Below, in pieces: positions 49,513 to 60,604 of a stretch of DNA of 64,000 bases. How positions within the stretch are numbered: the first letter of the stretch is position 1; each line of letters opens with the position of its first letter. The notes under the pieces are model-generated. The model saw only the letters and a program-made list of their open reading frames with translations. It was not told where the DNA came from and did not search any database. Made by a program: the position numbers and the translations under genes. The stretch is from positions 1,397 to 65,396 of the forward strand of contig CAMDDO010000007.1 in NCBI GenBank assembly GCA_945892755.1. Reading direction: 5' to 3'. This DNA comes from Rhizobium sp. Q54. GTDB taxonomy: Bacteria > Pseudomonadota > Alphaproteobacteria > UBA828.

Positions 49513-50856
49513 GTGCGCCAAACCTCCGATACGATCTACGCGCTATCGAGCGGACCTGGGCGGGGCGCGGTCGCGCTCATCCGGCTGTCGGGCGTCAAAG
49601 CGGGCGAGGCGCTGGCGCGGCTCTGCGCCCAGCCGCCCGGCGCGGCACGGCAAGCGGTCGTGCGCCGCCTGCACGATCCGCGCACCGGCGAGTTGCTTGA
49701 TCAAGCCCTGACGCTCTGGTTTCCGGCGCCGGCGAGCTTCACCGGCGAGGACATGGCGGAACTCCACGTCCATGGTGGCCGGGCGGTCGTGGCCGGGGTG
49801 CTTGATGCGCTGGGTAGCCTCGAGGGCCTGCGGCCGGCCGAGCCGGGCGAGTTCGCACGGCGCGCCTTTGATCATCATCGGCTCGATTTGGTCGAGGCGG
49901 AGGCGCTGGCCGACTTGGTCGCGGCCGAGACCGCGGCGCAGCGGCGCCAGGCGTTGCGCCAACTCGGCGGCGTGCTCGGTAAGCTCTATGACGAGTGGCG
50001 CGTCGCGATCATCGAGTTGATGGCGCTGGCCGAGGCGGGGCTGGATTTCTCGGACCAGGATCTGCCGGCAGGGCTCGACGATCGATTGAAACGGGGCATC
50101 CTGCGGCTGATCGCCGCGATTTCGACGCATCTCGACGATGGGCGGCGCGGCGAGCTCGTGCGCGAGGGTCTGGAGATCGCGATTCTGGGCCCGCCCAATG
50201 CCGGAAAATCCAGCCTGTTGAATGCGCTTGCCAAACGCGAAGTGGCGATCGTGGCGGCCACCGCCGGGACCACGCGCGATGTCATCGAGGTCCGACTCGA
50301 TCTCTCTGGCTACCCGGTCGTCCTGGCGGATACCGCTGGGTTGCGTGATGCGGCCGATGAGGTCGAGGCCGAGGGCGTACGGCGCGCTCTGGCGCGTGCC
50401 GAGAGCGCCGATCTCAGGCTGGTCGTGTTCGACGGCGCCAGCTGGCCGGTGGTTGATGACAAGGTTATCGAGCTAATTGATAGCAACACAATAATCGTAT
50501 TGAACAAGCGCGATCTTCTCCAAGACAACCTAAAATCTCATATTATCAAAGGGATAAAGCCGCTGCCGCTGTCATGCCGAACCGGCGAGGGGCTCGAAGA
50601 GCTGATCGCACATTTGGAGCGGGCCGCCGCGAGCCGCATGGCCGAACAAGCCTCGCCGGTTCTGACTCAGGCGCGGCATCGCCTGGCACTCGAGCAATGT
50701 CGCGAGGCCTTGGTTCGCTCACTCGGCGCGCCGGCGGTTGAACTGCGCGCCGAGGATTTGAGGCTGGCTGCGCGTTCGCTGGGGCGGATCACCGGCCGGG
50801 TCGACGTCGAGGACGTGCTCGACCAGGTCTTCCGCTCGTTCTGCATTGGCAAGTAG
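49513..50856 (+). CDS. mnmE: tRNA modification GTPase MnmE
   Basis: 447 aa, GTG start. DTIYALSSGPGRGAVALIRLSG, G1 GPPNAGKSSLLN, DTAGLR, NKRD, C-terminal FCIGK. Confidence 0.95.
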   Translation: MRQTSDTIYALSSGPGRGAVALIRLSGVKAGEALARLCAQPPGAARQAVVRRLHDPRTGELLDQALTLWFPAPASFTGEDMAELHVHGGRAVVAGVLDALGSLEGLRPAEPGEFARRAFDHHRLDLVEAEALADLVAAETAAQRRQALRQLGGVLGKLYDEWRVAIIELMALAEAGLDFSDQDLPAGLDDRLKRGILRLIAAISTHLDDGRRGELVREGLEIAILGPPNAGKSSLLNALAKREVAIVAATAGTTRDVIEVRLDLSGYPVVLADTAGLRDAADEVEAEGVRRALARAESADLRLVVFDGASWPVVDDKVIELIDSNTIIVLNKRDLLQDNLKSHIIKGIKPLPLSCRTGEGLEELIAHLERAAASRMAEQASPVLTQARHRLALEQCREALVRSLGAPAVELRAEDLRLAARSLGRITGRVDVEDVLDQVFRSFCIGK

Positions 50857-50913
50857 CGGGGCAGGCCGTGTTTTGCTAGGAGAGGGCGCGCAAAGGGACG
50901 CGTCCTCACCGCC

Positions 50914-52800
50914 ATGCCAAATCGCCCGAACTCTTTTGATGTAATCGTCATTGGCGGCGGCCACGCCGGCTGCGAGGCTGCGGCGGCGTCGGCACGGCTC
51001 GGGGCGCGCACGCTCTTGTTGACCCACCGGCTCGACACGATCGGCGAGATGTCGTGCAACCCGGCGATCGGCGGCTTGGCCAAAGGCACGTTGGTGCGCG
51101 AGATCGACGCGCTGGACGGGCTCATGGGCCGCGTGGCCGATGAAGGCGGCATCCAATTCCGCGTCCTCAATCGGAGCAAGGGGCCGGCGGTGCGGGGCCC
51201 GCGCGCGCAGCAGGACCGTCGGCTCTATAAGGGCGCGATGCAGGCCGCGCTGGCGGGACAGGCGAACCTCGAAATCAGGGCCGCCGCCGTCGAGTCGCTG
51301 GCACATGACCGGCGGGGCGCGGTGGGCGGTGTCGTCACCGCCGAGGGCGAGACGATCGCTTCGGGCCGCGTGATCCTGACCACGGGCACGTTCTTGTCCG
51401 GCATGATCCACATCGGGGAGGAGAAGATTCCGGCGGGGCGGGTTGGCGAGGCGCCTGCCTTGGGACTATCTAAGTATCTGTATAATAAAGAATTTCGCCT
51501 TGGCCGGTTGAAAACCGGAACGCCGCCGAGGTTGGACGGTCGGACCATCGATTGGGGCCGACTCGAGGTTCAAAAGGGCGACGACCCGGCCGAGCCGTTC
51601 TCGTATTTGACGGATCGTATCACCCGGCGGCAGATCGCCTGCCACATCACCGCGACCGGACCCGAGACCCACGCCATCATCCGCGCGAATTTGCATCGCT
51701 CGCCGATGTATTCTGGGCAGATCGAAGGCCGGGGCCCGCGCTATTGCCCGTCGATCGAAGATAAAGTGGTGCGCTTCGCCGAGCGCGATCGGCACCAAAT
51801 TTTCCTGGAACCTGAAGGACTTGATGACGATACCGTGTATCCGAACGGGCTCTCGACCTCAATGCCGCGCGAGGTTCAGGCGGCGTTCCTGGCGACCCTG
51901 CCCGGTTTGGAGCGCGCCGCTATTGTGCGGCCGGGTTATGCCATCGAATACGATTATGTCGACCCGCGCGAGCTGCACCCGACTTTGGAGACGAAGCGGG
52001 TCGGCGGGCTCTATTTCGCCGGGCAGATCAACGGCACGACCGGCTATGAGGAGGCCGCGGCTCAAGGGCTGATCGCCGGTCTGAACGCAGCGCTCGCGGC
52101 CGCGGGCGGCGGCCCGTTCGTGCCCGATCGCGCGGATGCGATGCTTGGGGTGCTCATCGACGACCTGGTAACGCTTGGTGTTACAGAGCCTTACCGGATG
52201 TTTTCATCGCGCGCCGAATATCGCCTGACACTGCGGCCCGACAACGCCGATCTGCGCCTGACCGCCAAGGCTATTGCCTTGGGCTGCGTCGGTGCGCCTC
52301 GCCGGGCAAGTTATGTGGCCAAAGTGGCGAGTCTTGACGTCGCCCGGGCCCAGCTCAAATCACATGCAATGACCCCGAGCGAACTCAAGGCCCGAGGATA
52401 TGCGGTCAATCTTGACGGGCAGCGTCGTGACGGGTTCACCTTGCTGGGCCATGACGGAATCGGTTGGAACGGCGTGGCGCGGCTTTGGCCGGCGCTGTCC
52501 GAGATGCGCCGGGACGTGGCGGAGCAGCTCGAGATTGAGGCGCGCTATGCGAGCTATCTCAATCGTCAGGACGCCGACATCGACGCGTTTCGTCGCGACG
52601 AGAGTCTCGCGCTACCTAGTGATCTGGATTATCGGGGGATTCCCAGCCTCTCGACCGAGGTTCGCGAGAAGCTTTCGCTCGCTCGGCCGGCGACCCTCGG
52701 TGCGGCATCGCGCATTTCTGGCGTGACGCCGGCGGCGATGACCGCCTTGCTGGGCCATGTCCGACGGGTGAGGGCGTCGCCGGTTGGCCCTACGGCGTGA
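50914..52800 (+). CDS. mnmG: tRNA uridine 5-carboxymethylaminomethyl modification enzyme MnmG
   Basis: 628 aa. FAD motif [34 protein letters not shown]. Confidence 0.97.
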   Translation: MPNRPNSFDVIVIGGGHAGCEAAAASARLGARTLLLTHRLDTIGEMSCNPAIGGLAKGTLVREIDALDGLMGRVADEGGIQFRVLNRSKGPAVRGPRAQQDRRLYKGAMQAALAGQANLEIRAAAVESLAHDRRGAVGGVVTAEGETIASGRVILTTGTFLSGMIHIGEEKIPAGRVGEAPALGLSKYLYNKEFRLGRLKTGTPPRLDGRTIDWGRLEVQKGDDPAEPFSYLTDRITRRQIACHITATGPETHAIIRANLHRSPMYSGQIEGRGPRYCPSIEDKVVRFAERDRHQIFLEPEGLDDDTVYPNGLSTSMPREVQAAFLATLPGLERAAIVRPGYAIEYDYVDPRELHPTLETKRVGGLYFAGQINGTTGYEEAAAQGLIAGLNAALAAAGGGPFVPDRADAMLGVLIDDLVTLGVTEPYRMFSSRAEYRLTLRPDNADLRLTAKAIALGCVGAPRRASYVAKVASLDVARAQLKSHAMTPSELKARGYAVNLDGQRRDGFTLLGHDGIGWNGVARLWPALSEMRRDVAEQLEIEARYASYLNRQDADIDAFRRDESLALPSDLDYRGIPSLSTEVREKLSLARPATLGAASRISGVTPAAMTALLGHVRRVRASPVGPTA

Positions 52801-53450
52801 CCGAGCGCAGTATATCGAGCTATAGTCGGGAATCGTTCGCCCGGGACCTCGACGTTTCACGTGAAACATTGGCGAGGTTTGACGCCTATGAGGTGGTTCT
52901 GCGTCACTGGCAGAACGCGATCAATCTGGTCGGCAAGGATACGCTGAACGACATCTGGCGTCGACATTTTCTCGATTGCGGTCAGCTCATGCGTCTTCTG
53001 CCGCAACCCTATGACGCGCTATACGATATCGGCAGCGGCGCCGGATTCCCAGGTCTCGTGATGGCCCTGCTCGGCGCGCATGACGTTCATCTGATCGAGA
53101 GCGACCAGCGAAAATGTGCCTTCCTGCGCGAGGCGGCGCGGACCACCGCTGCGTCAGCGACCATCATCCCAAAACGAATCGAAGCGATCGAAACACCGCC
53201 CCTAGGCTGGCCGGCTCGGCGTGTCATTGTCGCGCGCGCGGTCGCACCGCTCCTCCAACTGCTCGAATCGGCACGGGGTCTGATTGACACGGAGACCCAT
53301 TGCGTTATGCTTAAGGGCGCTCGGGTTGACGCCGAACTTGCCGAGGCGCGCGCGCGATGGCGCTTCCACCTGCGCACCGAGCCGAGCCTCAGCGATCCCC
53401 GCGGGGTGATCCTCTTGATCAGCGATATGGTCCGTGTCTCAAGTACTTAG
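52797..53450 (+). CDS. rsmG: 16S rRNA (guanine527-N7)-methyltransferase RsmG
   Basis: 217 aa. Start overlaps the mnmG stop. W.N.INLV pattern and SAM motif [15 protein letters not shown]. Confidence 0.92.
   Translation: MTERSISSYSRESFARDLDVSRETLARFDAYEVVLRHWQNAINLVGKDTLNDIWRRHFLDCGQLMRLLPQPYDALYDIGSGAGFPGLVMALLGAHDVHLIESDQRKCAFLREAARTTAASATIIPKRIEAIETPPLGWPARRVIVARAVAPLLQLLESARGLIDTETHCVMLKGARVDAELAEARARWRFHLRTEPSLSDPRGVILLISDMVRVSST
52853..52868. promoter_or_regulatory. parS centromere-like site
   Basis: CGTTTCACGTGAAACA matches 15 of 16 positions of the consensus TGTTTCACGTGAAACA. The inner 14 nt form a perfect palindrome. It lies within rsmG, ~570 bp upstream of parA. Confidence 0.8.
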
Positions 53451-54318
53451 CGAGGCAGACCCGGTCGAGCCGGCGCTCTTTCCAAACGCGCCCCGCAAGC
53501 CGCGTGTGATCGCCGTCGTCAACCAGAAGGGCGGCGTCGGAAAGACCACCACCGCCATCAATCTAGGCACCGCGTTGGCCGCGACGGGGCGGCGGGTTCT
53601 GCTGATCGATCTCGATCCGCAGGGCAATGCGTCGACCGGCCTTGGCGTCGACAAGGCGGCGCGCCAACCTGGCTCTTATGGGGTGCTGATCGGCCGCGCC
53701 GGGTTTGGCGAGGCCATGGTCCCGACGCCTGTGCCAAACCTCTTTCTGGTACCGGCGAATCGCGACCTGTCGGGTGCCGAAATCGAGCTGGTCGACGCTG
53801 AGCGGCGAGCTCATCGTTTGAGAGAAGCCATTGAAACATTTACTAGTTTTTCAGTTTCCGAACATGATGGCGCGGCGCCGGCGCGAGGCTTCGACTATGT
53901 TCTGATCGATTGCCCGCCATCGCTCACGCTGCTCACGCTGAATGCCTTGGTCGCGGCCGATTCGCTGCTCGTGCCATTGCAATGCGAATTCCTGGCGCTC
54001 GACGGCTTGAGCGAATTGCTTCACACCGTCGATGTCGTCAAGGCGAACTTCAACCCAAGGTTGAAAATCCAAGGGATTGTTCTCACTATGTTCGATAATC
54101 GCAACCGGCTTTCGAGCCAAGTCGCGGCCGACGTGCGCGCCCATTTCGGCGCCCAGGTCTACGAGACCATGATCCCGCGCAATGTGCGGGTGTCGGAGGC
54201 GCCGTCATTCGGCGTTCCGGTCCTGCTCTATGACATCAGCTGTGCCGGCTCGCAGGCTTATGCCCATTTGGCGAGCGAGTTACTGAAACGCGAGAACGCC
54301 GAGGAATCCAGATCATGA
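53434..54318 (+). CDS. parA: chromosome partitioning ATPase ParA
   Basis: 294 aa. Deviant Walker A VVNQKGGVGKTTTAINL, and DYVLIDCPPSL. Confidence 0.95.
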   Translation: MSQVLSEADPVEPALFPNAPRKPRVIAVVNQKGGVGKTTTAINLGTALAATGRRVLLIDLDPQGNASTGLGVDKAARQPGSYGVLIGRAGFGEAMVPTPVPNLFLVPANRDLSGAEIELVDAERRAHRLREAIETFTSFSVSEHDGAAPARGFDYVLIDCPPSLTLLTLNALVAADSLLVPLQCEFLALDGLSELLHTVDVVKANFNPRLKIQGIVLTMFDNRNRLSSQVAADVRAHFGAQVYETMIPRNVRVSEAPSFGVPVLLYDISCAGSQAYAHLASELLKRENAEESRS

Positions 54319-55223
54319 GCGCGGCTCCAGGCGACGGCGGATTGAAGGCGCGCGGCGGTCTCGGCAAGGGTCTCGCCGCCCTTCTAGGCGACGTCGCGAC
54401 GCCGGCCGCCACGTCGCAGCGCGTGGCCGAGGGAGAAGCACGCAACGCGACTCTGCTTCGTAATTTGCCGATCGATTCGCTCGGCCCAAGCCCGATCCAG
54501 CCGCGCACAGTGTTCGACGAGGCGGAGCTCGACGAGCTCGCCCAATCGATCAAGCAGAACGGTGTGCTCCAGCCGATCTTGGTGCGCCAGCGCGCGGCGG
54601 GCGGTTACGAGATCATCGCCGGCGAGCGGCGCTGGCGTGCGGCGCAGCGTGCCGGCATTCATGAGCTGCCGGCGATCGTGCGCGAGCTCAACGACGATCA
54701 GGCGCTCGAACTCGCCCTGGTCGAGAATCTCCAGCGCGAGGATTTGAATCCGCTGGAAGAGGCCGAGGCCTATCAACGCCTGGTCACGCGCTTCGGCCAT
54801 ACCCAGGACGCGGTGGCGCAGGCGATCGGCAAGAGCCGCAGCCACGTCGCCAACATGATCCGACTGCTTGACCTGCCGCCCTTCGTCAAGAATCTGCTCG
54901 GGGGCGGCCAGCTCACCATGGGGCACGCGCGCGCGCTGCTCAATGCACGCGATCCGGTCGCGCTCGCCGAGCGGATCGTGGCGCGCAATCTGAACGTCCG
55001 GCAGGCCGAGGCTTTGGCGCGCGAGGCGACCCGAGTCGCACGGCCGCCGCGCATCCGCCCGACGCGCGACCCGAACATCCGCGAGCTCGAGCAAAGGCTC
55101 TCGGCCAGCCTTGGGCTGAAGGTCAGCATCGAGGCCAAGCCTGACGGCTCGGGCGAGTTGATGTTCCGCTATCAGAGCGCCGAGCAGCTCGACGAGCTCT
55201 TGCGCCGGCTCGGCCAGCGTTAA
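54315..55223 (+). CDS. parB: chromosome partitioning protein ParB
   Basis: 302 aa. LPIDSLGPSPIQPR, IIAGERRWRAAQ, HTH region QDAVAQAIGKSRSHVANMIRLL. Confidence 0.95.
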   Translation: MSAAPGDGGLKARGGLGKGLAALLGDVATPAATSQRVAEGEARNATLLRNLPIDSLGPSPIQPRTVFDEAELDELAQSIKQNGVLQPILVRQRAAGGYEIIAGERRWRAAQRAGIHELPAIVRELNDDQALELALVENLQREDLNPLEEAEAYQRLVTRFGHTQDAVAQAIGKSRSHVANMIRLLDLPPFVKNLLGGGQLTMGHARALLNARDPVALAERIVARNLNVRQAEALAREATRVARPPRIRPTRDPNIRELEQRLSASLGLKVSIEAKPDGSGELMFRYQSAEQLDELLRRLGQR

Positions 55224-55231
55224 GCCAGGAA

Positions 55232-56278
55232 TCAGCCGGCGGCGCGCCCGCTGCGTGCCGCACCGGCGATGCGCAGGAGCGCGCGCGCCGCCACCGCCTC
55301 CACCGGGACACCGGTGCTCTTGCAGTCCGCCTCGGCGTCGAGCAGAAGTTGCAGCGCCTCGGCGATGCGTCCGGTCGACCATTGCGCGAGCTGCCGGCGG
55401 AACGCCGGCTGCGCCGCGAAGAAAACTGGCGGCCGCAGACTCATCATCACCGCGTCGACCGATTGTCCCGCCGCGACGCGCCCAGCGGCCAAATGCAGCC
55501 GCAGCAAATGCCGCGTCACCGCGCGCAGCATGCTGACCGCGTTCACCCCTTCGCGTTCCGCCCGCGTCACCGCGCGATCAAGCGCGGCGAGATCGCCGAG
55601 CGCGATCGCATCGCTGACCAGATCGAGCGAAAGCGCGCCGCCATCGCCGATCGCCGCCTCGACGGCATTCATGTCGATCGCGATCGGGCCTTTGCTGGCA
55701 TTGCCGACATAGAGCGCCAGCTTGTCGAGTTCGCCGCGCAATTGCGCACGATCGCCGCTGGTGCGCTCGATCAGAAGCGCGGCCGCATCATCATCGATGG
55801 TGCCGCCCAAGGTCGCGAGATGGGCCTCGATCACGGCGCCGGCGGATGCGACGCTCTCGTCATAACAGGCCACGGCCGCGATCGTTTTGTCGGCGGCCTC
55901 GAACAATTTGCGCAGGCTCGAGCGCGGGCCAAGCTCACTGGCTTCGACGATCAGCAAGGCCTCGCTCGGCAGGCTCAACGCCGATCCGATGGCGCTCGAA
56001 AGCCCATCGGTCGCGCCGCTGACGCGCACGACGCGCTGTCCGCCGCCGAAGGCGAGCGCACCCAGTTCATCGGCCAGCCGTGCCGGGTCGTCCTTGATCG
56101 CGGTGGTGCCGAGACTGGCGAGTCGAAACGGATCGCGAGGGTCGGGCACCACGGCGTGCGCGGCCGCGTCGGCACGCTCGCGCACCAGCCCTTCGTTCGG
56201 CCCATAGCAGAGGATCGCGCGAATTCCGCGGTCTGGCGCCCGGCAGAAACCGTCGGCCCGGCGGCCGTCGATTTTCAC
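55232..56278 (-). CDS. holA: DNA polymerase III delta subunit
   Basis: 348 aa. The N-terminal ILCYGPNEGLVRERA pattern and the position next to lptE-leuS match holA. Confidence 0.8.
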   Translation of the reverse strand: MKIDGRRADGFCRAPDRGIRAILCYGPNEGLVRERADAAAHAVVPDPRDPFRLASLGTTAIKDDPARLADELGALAFGGGQRVVRVSGATDGLSSAIGSALSLPSEALLIVEASELGPRSSLRKLFEAADKTIAAVACYDESVASAGAVIEAHLATLGGTIDDDAAALLIERTSGDRAQLRGELDKLALYVGNASKGPIAIDMNAVEAAIGDGGALSLDLVSDAIALGDLAALDRAVTRAEREGVNAVSMLRAVTRHLLRLHLAAGRVAAGQSVDAVMMSLRPPVFFAAQPAFRRQLAQWSTGRIAEALQLLLDAEADCKSTGVPVEAVAARALLRIAGAARSGRAAG

Positions 56279-56844
56279 GGCGTCGGCTCGGCGGCGCGCT
56301 CGCGCGAAAAATGGGTAATCAGAAGTTCGCGAATATTATCGGCAAGATCGAGCGCGGCGCGGCGGCGCGCATCGGCCTCCGAAGCGACCGTGGCAAACTC
56401 GGAGATGACGACGTTGTAACTCCCGACCGAGCGCGTCGCGCCTGAATAGACCGTCTCGCCCGACGCGATCTCGACCAGGCTGAACGAGGCGGTCAATGCA
56501 AGCCTGTATCGCGTGACACGGTCGTCGGCCTGAATCGCGAACTCGCCCTGCGCCTCTTCGAGCGAAACGCCGAGGCGATAGCGCGGTGATGCGCGTTCGG
56601 AACCGAGTGACGTCATCAACCGTTTGCGCAGTTCGAGGCCGGCGCGACCGAGGCCGCTGTTCGCATCGGAGATGGCGCCCGGATTGGCGCGCCCTTCGAC
56701 CTCGCCGATCTCGATGGCCGCCAATTCGGCATGGCGAATCGCGGCGCCGCGTCCATAGACCGGTTCGAAGCCGCATGCGCCGAGCCCCAACCCAACGATC
56801 ATGGTGCAGGCCGCGATCAAGGCGCGCGCATCAGACCACCACAT
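56275..56844 (-). CDS. lptE: LPS-assembly lipoprotein LptE
   Basis: ORF 56275..57084 trimmed to [26 protein letters not shown] (lipobox). The start overlaps the leuS 3' end by 14 nt. Conserved leuS-lptE-holA order. Confidence 0.8.
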   Translation of the reverse strand: MWWSDARALIAACTMIVGLGLGACGFEPVYGRGAAIRHAELAAIEIGEVEGRANPGAISDANSGLGRAGLELRKRLMTSLGSERASPRYRLGVSLEEAQGEFAIQADDRVTRYRLALTASFSLVEIASGETVYSGATRSVGSYNVVISEFATVASEADARRRAALDLADNIRELLITHFSRERAAEPTP

Positions 56845-59398
56845 TGACGATCTTTCCCGGCACGACGATGACGCGCTTGATTGCGCGACCCTCGATCGCG
56901 CGCTGAACTTGGGCCGACGCCATCGCGGCGGTTTCGGCAGCCTGCTTGTCGTGTGCTTTCGGCAAAGTGATGGTGGCGCGCAACTTGCCGTTGACCTGCA
57001 CCGCGAGCGTGACCTCCTCGTCAGCCACCAGCGCCGCGTCGGCCTTCGGCCACGGCACGAGGGCGAGCGACTGCGAATGACCAAGCATGCGCCAGAGCGA
57101 TTCGGCGATGTGCGGCGTCATCGGTCCGATCAGGCGCGTGGCGATTTCCAGGCCCTCGCGCAGCACCACGCCGGCGCCCGATGCGTTGGCGGGCAATTCG
57201 AGCAGGCCATTGGTCAGCTCACGAATGCGCGCGACCGCGCGGTTAAAATGAAAACGGTCGAGATCGCTGGTCACGCCGGCAATGGTGCGGTGGATCAGAC
57301 GCCGAAGCTCGACCAGCCGCGGATCCAGTCCATCGACCAGCACCGCACCCGCCGGCGGCAGAACGGCGGCCGGCTCGGCGACCATGCGCCAGAGCGAGCC
57401 GAGATAGCGCCACGCGCCCTTCACGCCGGCATCGGACCAATCGAGATCGCGTTCCGGCGGGCTGTCGGAGAGCATGAAGAGACGCGCGGTATCGGCGCCA
57501 TAGCCGTCGATGATGACCGAGGGCGCCACCACGTTCTTCTTCGACTTGCTCATCACCTCGCGCCGGCCGACCTTGACCGGACGTCCGGTTTCGGCGTGCG
57601 CGGCGCTGCCGTCGGCAAGCCGCTTGACCTCCTCTGGATAAAGCCACTTGCCGGCGTCGTCTTGATAGGATTCGTGGCACACCATGCCTTGGGTGAACAG
57701 GCCGGCGAACGGCTCGTCGAGCGCAACATGGCCGGTCAGGCGCATGGCGCGGGTGAAGAAACGCGAATAAAGCAGGTGCAAGATCGCATGTTCGATGCCG
57801 CCGACATATTGATCGACCGGCAACCAATAATTGACCGCGCGCTTGGTCACCGGCTCGTCCGCGCGGGCCGAGCAGAAGCGCGCGAAGTACCAGGATGAAT
57901 CGACGAACGTATCGAACGTGTCGGTCTCGCGCTGCGCCGGCTTGCCGCATGAAGGGCAGGCGACGTGCTTCCAACTTGGGTGGCGATCGAGCGGGTTGCC
58001 GGGTTTGTCGAACGTCACGTCGTCCGGCAGCACGACCGGCAGATCGGTCTCGGCCACCGGCACGATGCCGCACGCATCGCAATGCACGACCGGAATCGGA
58101 CAGCCCCAATAGCGCTGGCGCGAGACGCCCCAATCGCGCAAACGGAACAGCACCTCGCGCTTGGCGCGGCCTTGGCCTTCGAGCTTTGTCGCGACGCGTT
58201 CCTTGCCCTCGGCGACGCTGGTGCCGTCGATGAAGCCCGAATTGATGTGGACGCCCTCGCCGACATAGGCCTCGTCGCCGATCGTGACGTGGCTCGGATC
58301 GACCCCGGTTGGCGCGACGACCGGGATCACGTCGAGGTCGTATTTGCGCGCGAAATCGAGGTCGCGCTGATCATGCGCCGGGCAGCCGAAAATCGCACCG
58401 GTGCCGTAGTCCATCAGCACGAAATTGGCGACGTAGATCGGCAGGAGCCGGCCCGGCATGAGCGGGTGTAGCGCTTTCAGCCCGGTATCGTAGCCTTTTT
58501 TCTCGGCGTGCTCGATGGCGGCCTCGGACGTGCCGAGGCGATTGCACTCGGCGATGAACGCGGCGAGCGCCGAGTCTTTCGCCGCGAGTTTTTCGGCGAA
58601 CGGGTGATTGGGCGAGAGCGCGAGAAAGCTCGCGCCAAACAAGGTGTCGTGTCGGGTCGTGAAAATCTCGATCGCCTCGTCGCGCGCATCGAGATCGAAG
58701 GTCACGCGCAGGCCCTCGGAGCGGCCGATCCAGTTTTCCTGCATCACGCGCACGCGCTCGGGCCAGCGCTCGAGCCCGTTCAAGGCGGCGAGCAGATCGT
58801 CGGAGAACGCCGTGATCTTGAGGAACCATTGCGAGAGCTTGCGCCGCTCGACCAGCGCGCCCGAGCGCCAGCCACGCCCTTCGATCACCTGCTCATTGGC
58901 GAGCACGGTGTGGTCGACCGGATCCCAATTGACGAAGGATTCCTTGCGATAGGCGAGCCCGGCCTTGAGGAAATCGAGAAACAGTGCCTGCTCGTGCTTG
59001 TAATAGCCTGGATGGCACGTCGCGATCTCGCGGCTCCAATCGAGCGAGAGACCCATGCGCTTGAGTTCGGCGCGCATGGTGGCGATGTTGGCGTAGGTCC
59101 ACGTCGCGGGATGGGTCTGCTGGTCGCGCGCGGCGTTCTCGGCCGGTAGGCCAAAGGCGTCCCAGCCCATCGGGTGCAGCACGTTGTAGCCGAGCGCGCG
59201 CTTGTAGCGCGCCACCACGTCGCCCAGCGTGTAATTGCGCACATGGCCCATATGGATGCGCCCCGAGGGATAGGGGAACATCTCGAGCACATAGTATTTG
59301 GGGCGGCTATCGTCCTCGCGCGCATGGAACAGGCCTTCACTTTCCCAGAAGGTCTGCCAGTTCGCTTCGATTTCGCGCGGGTTGTATCGCTCGGTCAT
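56831..59398 (-). CDS. leuS: leucine--tRNA ligase
   Basis: 855 aa. HIGH-type [15 protein letters not shown] and KMSKS-type VMSKSKKN. Confidence 0.97.
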   Translation of the reverse strand: MTERYNPREIEANWQTFWESEGLFHAREDDSRPKYYVLEMFPYPSGRIHMGHVRNYTLGDVVARYKRALGYNVLHPMGWDAFGLPAENAARDQQTHPATWTYANIATMRAELKRMGLSLDWSREIATCHPGYYKHEQALFLDFLKAGLAYRKESFVNWDPVDHTVLANEQVIEGRGWRSGALVERRKLSQWFLKITAFSDDLLAALNGLERWPERVRVMQENWIGRSEGLRVTFDLDARDEAIEIFTTRHDTLFGASFLALSPNHPFAEKLAAKDSALAAFIAECNRLGTSEAAIEHAEKKGYDTGLKALHPLMPGRLLPIYVANFVLMDYGTGAIFGCPAHDQRDLDFARKYDLDVIPVVAPTGVDPSHVTIGDEAYVGEGVHINSGFIDGTSVAEGKERVATKLEGQGRAKREVLFRLRDWGVSRQRYWGCPIPVVHCDACGIVPVAETDLPVVLPDDVTFDKPGNPLDRHPSWKHVACPSCGKPAQRETDTFDTFVDSSWYFARFCSARADEPVTKRAVNYWLPVDQYVGGIEHAILHLLYSRFFTRAMRLTGHVALDEPFAGLFTQGMVCHESYQDDAGKWLYPEEVKRLADGSAAHAETGRPVKVGRREVMSKSKKNVVAPSVIIDGYGADTARLFMLSDSPPERDLDWSDAGVKGAWRYLGSLWRMVAEPAAVLPPAGAVLVDGLDPRLVELRRLIHRTIAGVTSDLDRFHFNRAVARIRELTNGLLELPANASGAGVVLREGLEIATRLIGPMTPHIAESLWRMLGHSQSLALVPWPKADAALVADEEVTLAVQVNGKLRATITLPKAHDKQAAETAAMASAQVQRAIEGRAIKRVIVVPGKIVNVVV

Positions 59399-59493
59399 GC
59401 TCGCCGGCTTCGGCTGGTGAGCCGCCGCGCACGGTCGCGCGCCGCGGGCCGCCGGTTCCTACCGCACCACCGGCGGCACGGCAAGCGCTTCGC

Positions 59494-60060
59494 CTATTCG
59501 CCGACGCTAGCGATTCTGAGCTGCCTCGCGCGTTCCAGGATCTTGTCTTCGAGGTCGGCCGCGGTTCGCGGATTGAGCGGCGCGTCGATCCAGTCGCCTG
59601 CCGTGCCGCGAATCTGCCGGAACAGCGCGACCCTGATGCCGTCCGAACGAAGCGTCCGGTCGAGAATGTAGGCGGTCGCCTTGAAGCGCTCTTCGGGCGC
59701 GTCCGGCGGCGCGAACCAGTCGGTGATGATCACGCCACCAAACGGGTCGGCGGAAGCCAGAGGCATGAATGACAGCGTATCGAGCGAAGCACGCCAGAGG
59801 AATGTGTTAACGCCAAGGCCGCTCGATGCCTCCGCGGCGTCGGAGCCTGACGAGCCGCCAAGGCTCAGTCCGCCCTCGCCGAACACGCTCTGCGTGTAAA
59901 CCGGATCGCGCGCCTTCCGGTTGTTCGAGTATTTCGGGTCTTCGCCGGCATCGCCGGCCAGCTCATTGTCGCCACACGCGGCGAGCAAAAACACGCCGCC
60001 CACTGCCAAAAGCACGATCCGAGCGGCCGACAAGCGGCCTATCCAAGAAGCCATCGCCAT
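59494..60060 (-). CDS. DUF3576 domain lipoprotein
   Basis: ORF 59494..60126 trimmed to MAMASWIGRLSAARIVLLAVGGVFLLAAC (lipobox). The NTFLWRASLDTLSFMPLASADPFGGVIITDW block is typical of DUF3576. Confidence 0.8.
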   Translation of the reverse strand: MAMASWIGRLSAARIVLLAVGGVFLLAACGDNELAGDAGEDPKYSNNRKARDPVYTQSVFGEGGLSLGGSSGSDAAEASSGLGVNTFLWRASLDTLSFMPLASADPFGGVIITDWFAPPDAPEERFKATAYILDRTLRSDGIRVALFRQIRGTAGDWIDAPLNPRTAADLEDKILERARQLRIASVGE

Positions 60061-60604
60061 ATTTGTCCCAACTTGATTAATGTCGACCGCCCGTCGCGCC
60101 GAGCGCGGCACGATCGCTTCGATCATGGGCTCGAGTCTACAACAGACGAGCCAGAGAAAAAACGCCCATGTGAACGCTGAGCCAAAGACCGCGATTATTC
60201 ATTAGCGCGTCGGTTTGACCGCGCCAACGCGGGTCGAGGCCAAGCGGCGCAGCCCTGGAACCCCGGGTCTTGCCAATTCCGCGCCCCCGCCCGGATCTGT
60301 CAATTGCTTGAATTTGCTTGTTTTTATTGTCATCCGCGCGCGCTCCAAAGGGCTCCGCCCGCCCCTACGCCACATTGCGGCTTTTTTATCACAGGCGCGC
60401 AGCAATGTGATGGTAGTCGCATTTTTGCCATTTGCTCGTTAACCGCCTTTGATTACGGTTGCGGCGGTTGCAAGCCCGCCAGCATTGATGGGGGGAGGCC
60501 GCGGCTTCAGTGACGCCCCGGCTGCAAACCCGGGTCAGGTCTGTGAAAGGCTTGGCTGGGCAAGGGTGAAACTGAGAACTCTAATCTCCCGAGGAGGTTC
60601 GCAA

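Noticed and set aside
51479-51486. TG+TATAAT inside mnmG as an internal promoter
   Set aside because: There is no convincing -35 at proper spacing (TTGGGA with a 15-nt spacer) and it lies 1.3 kb from the next gene start. It is kept only as a comment within the AT-rich-patch finding.
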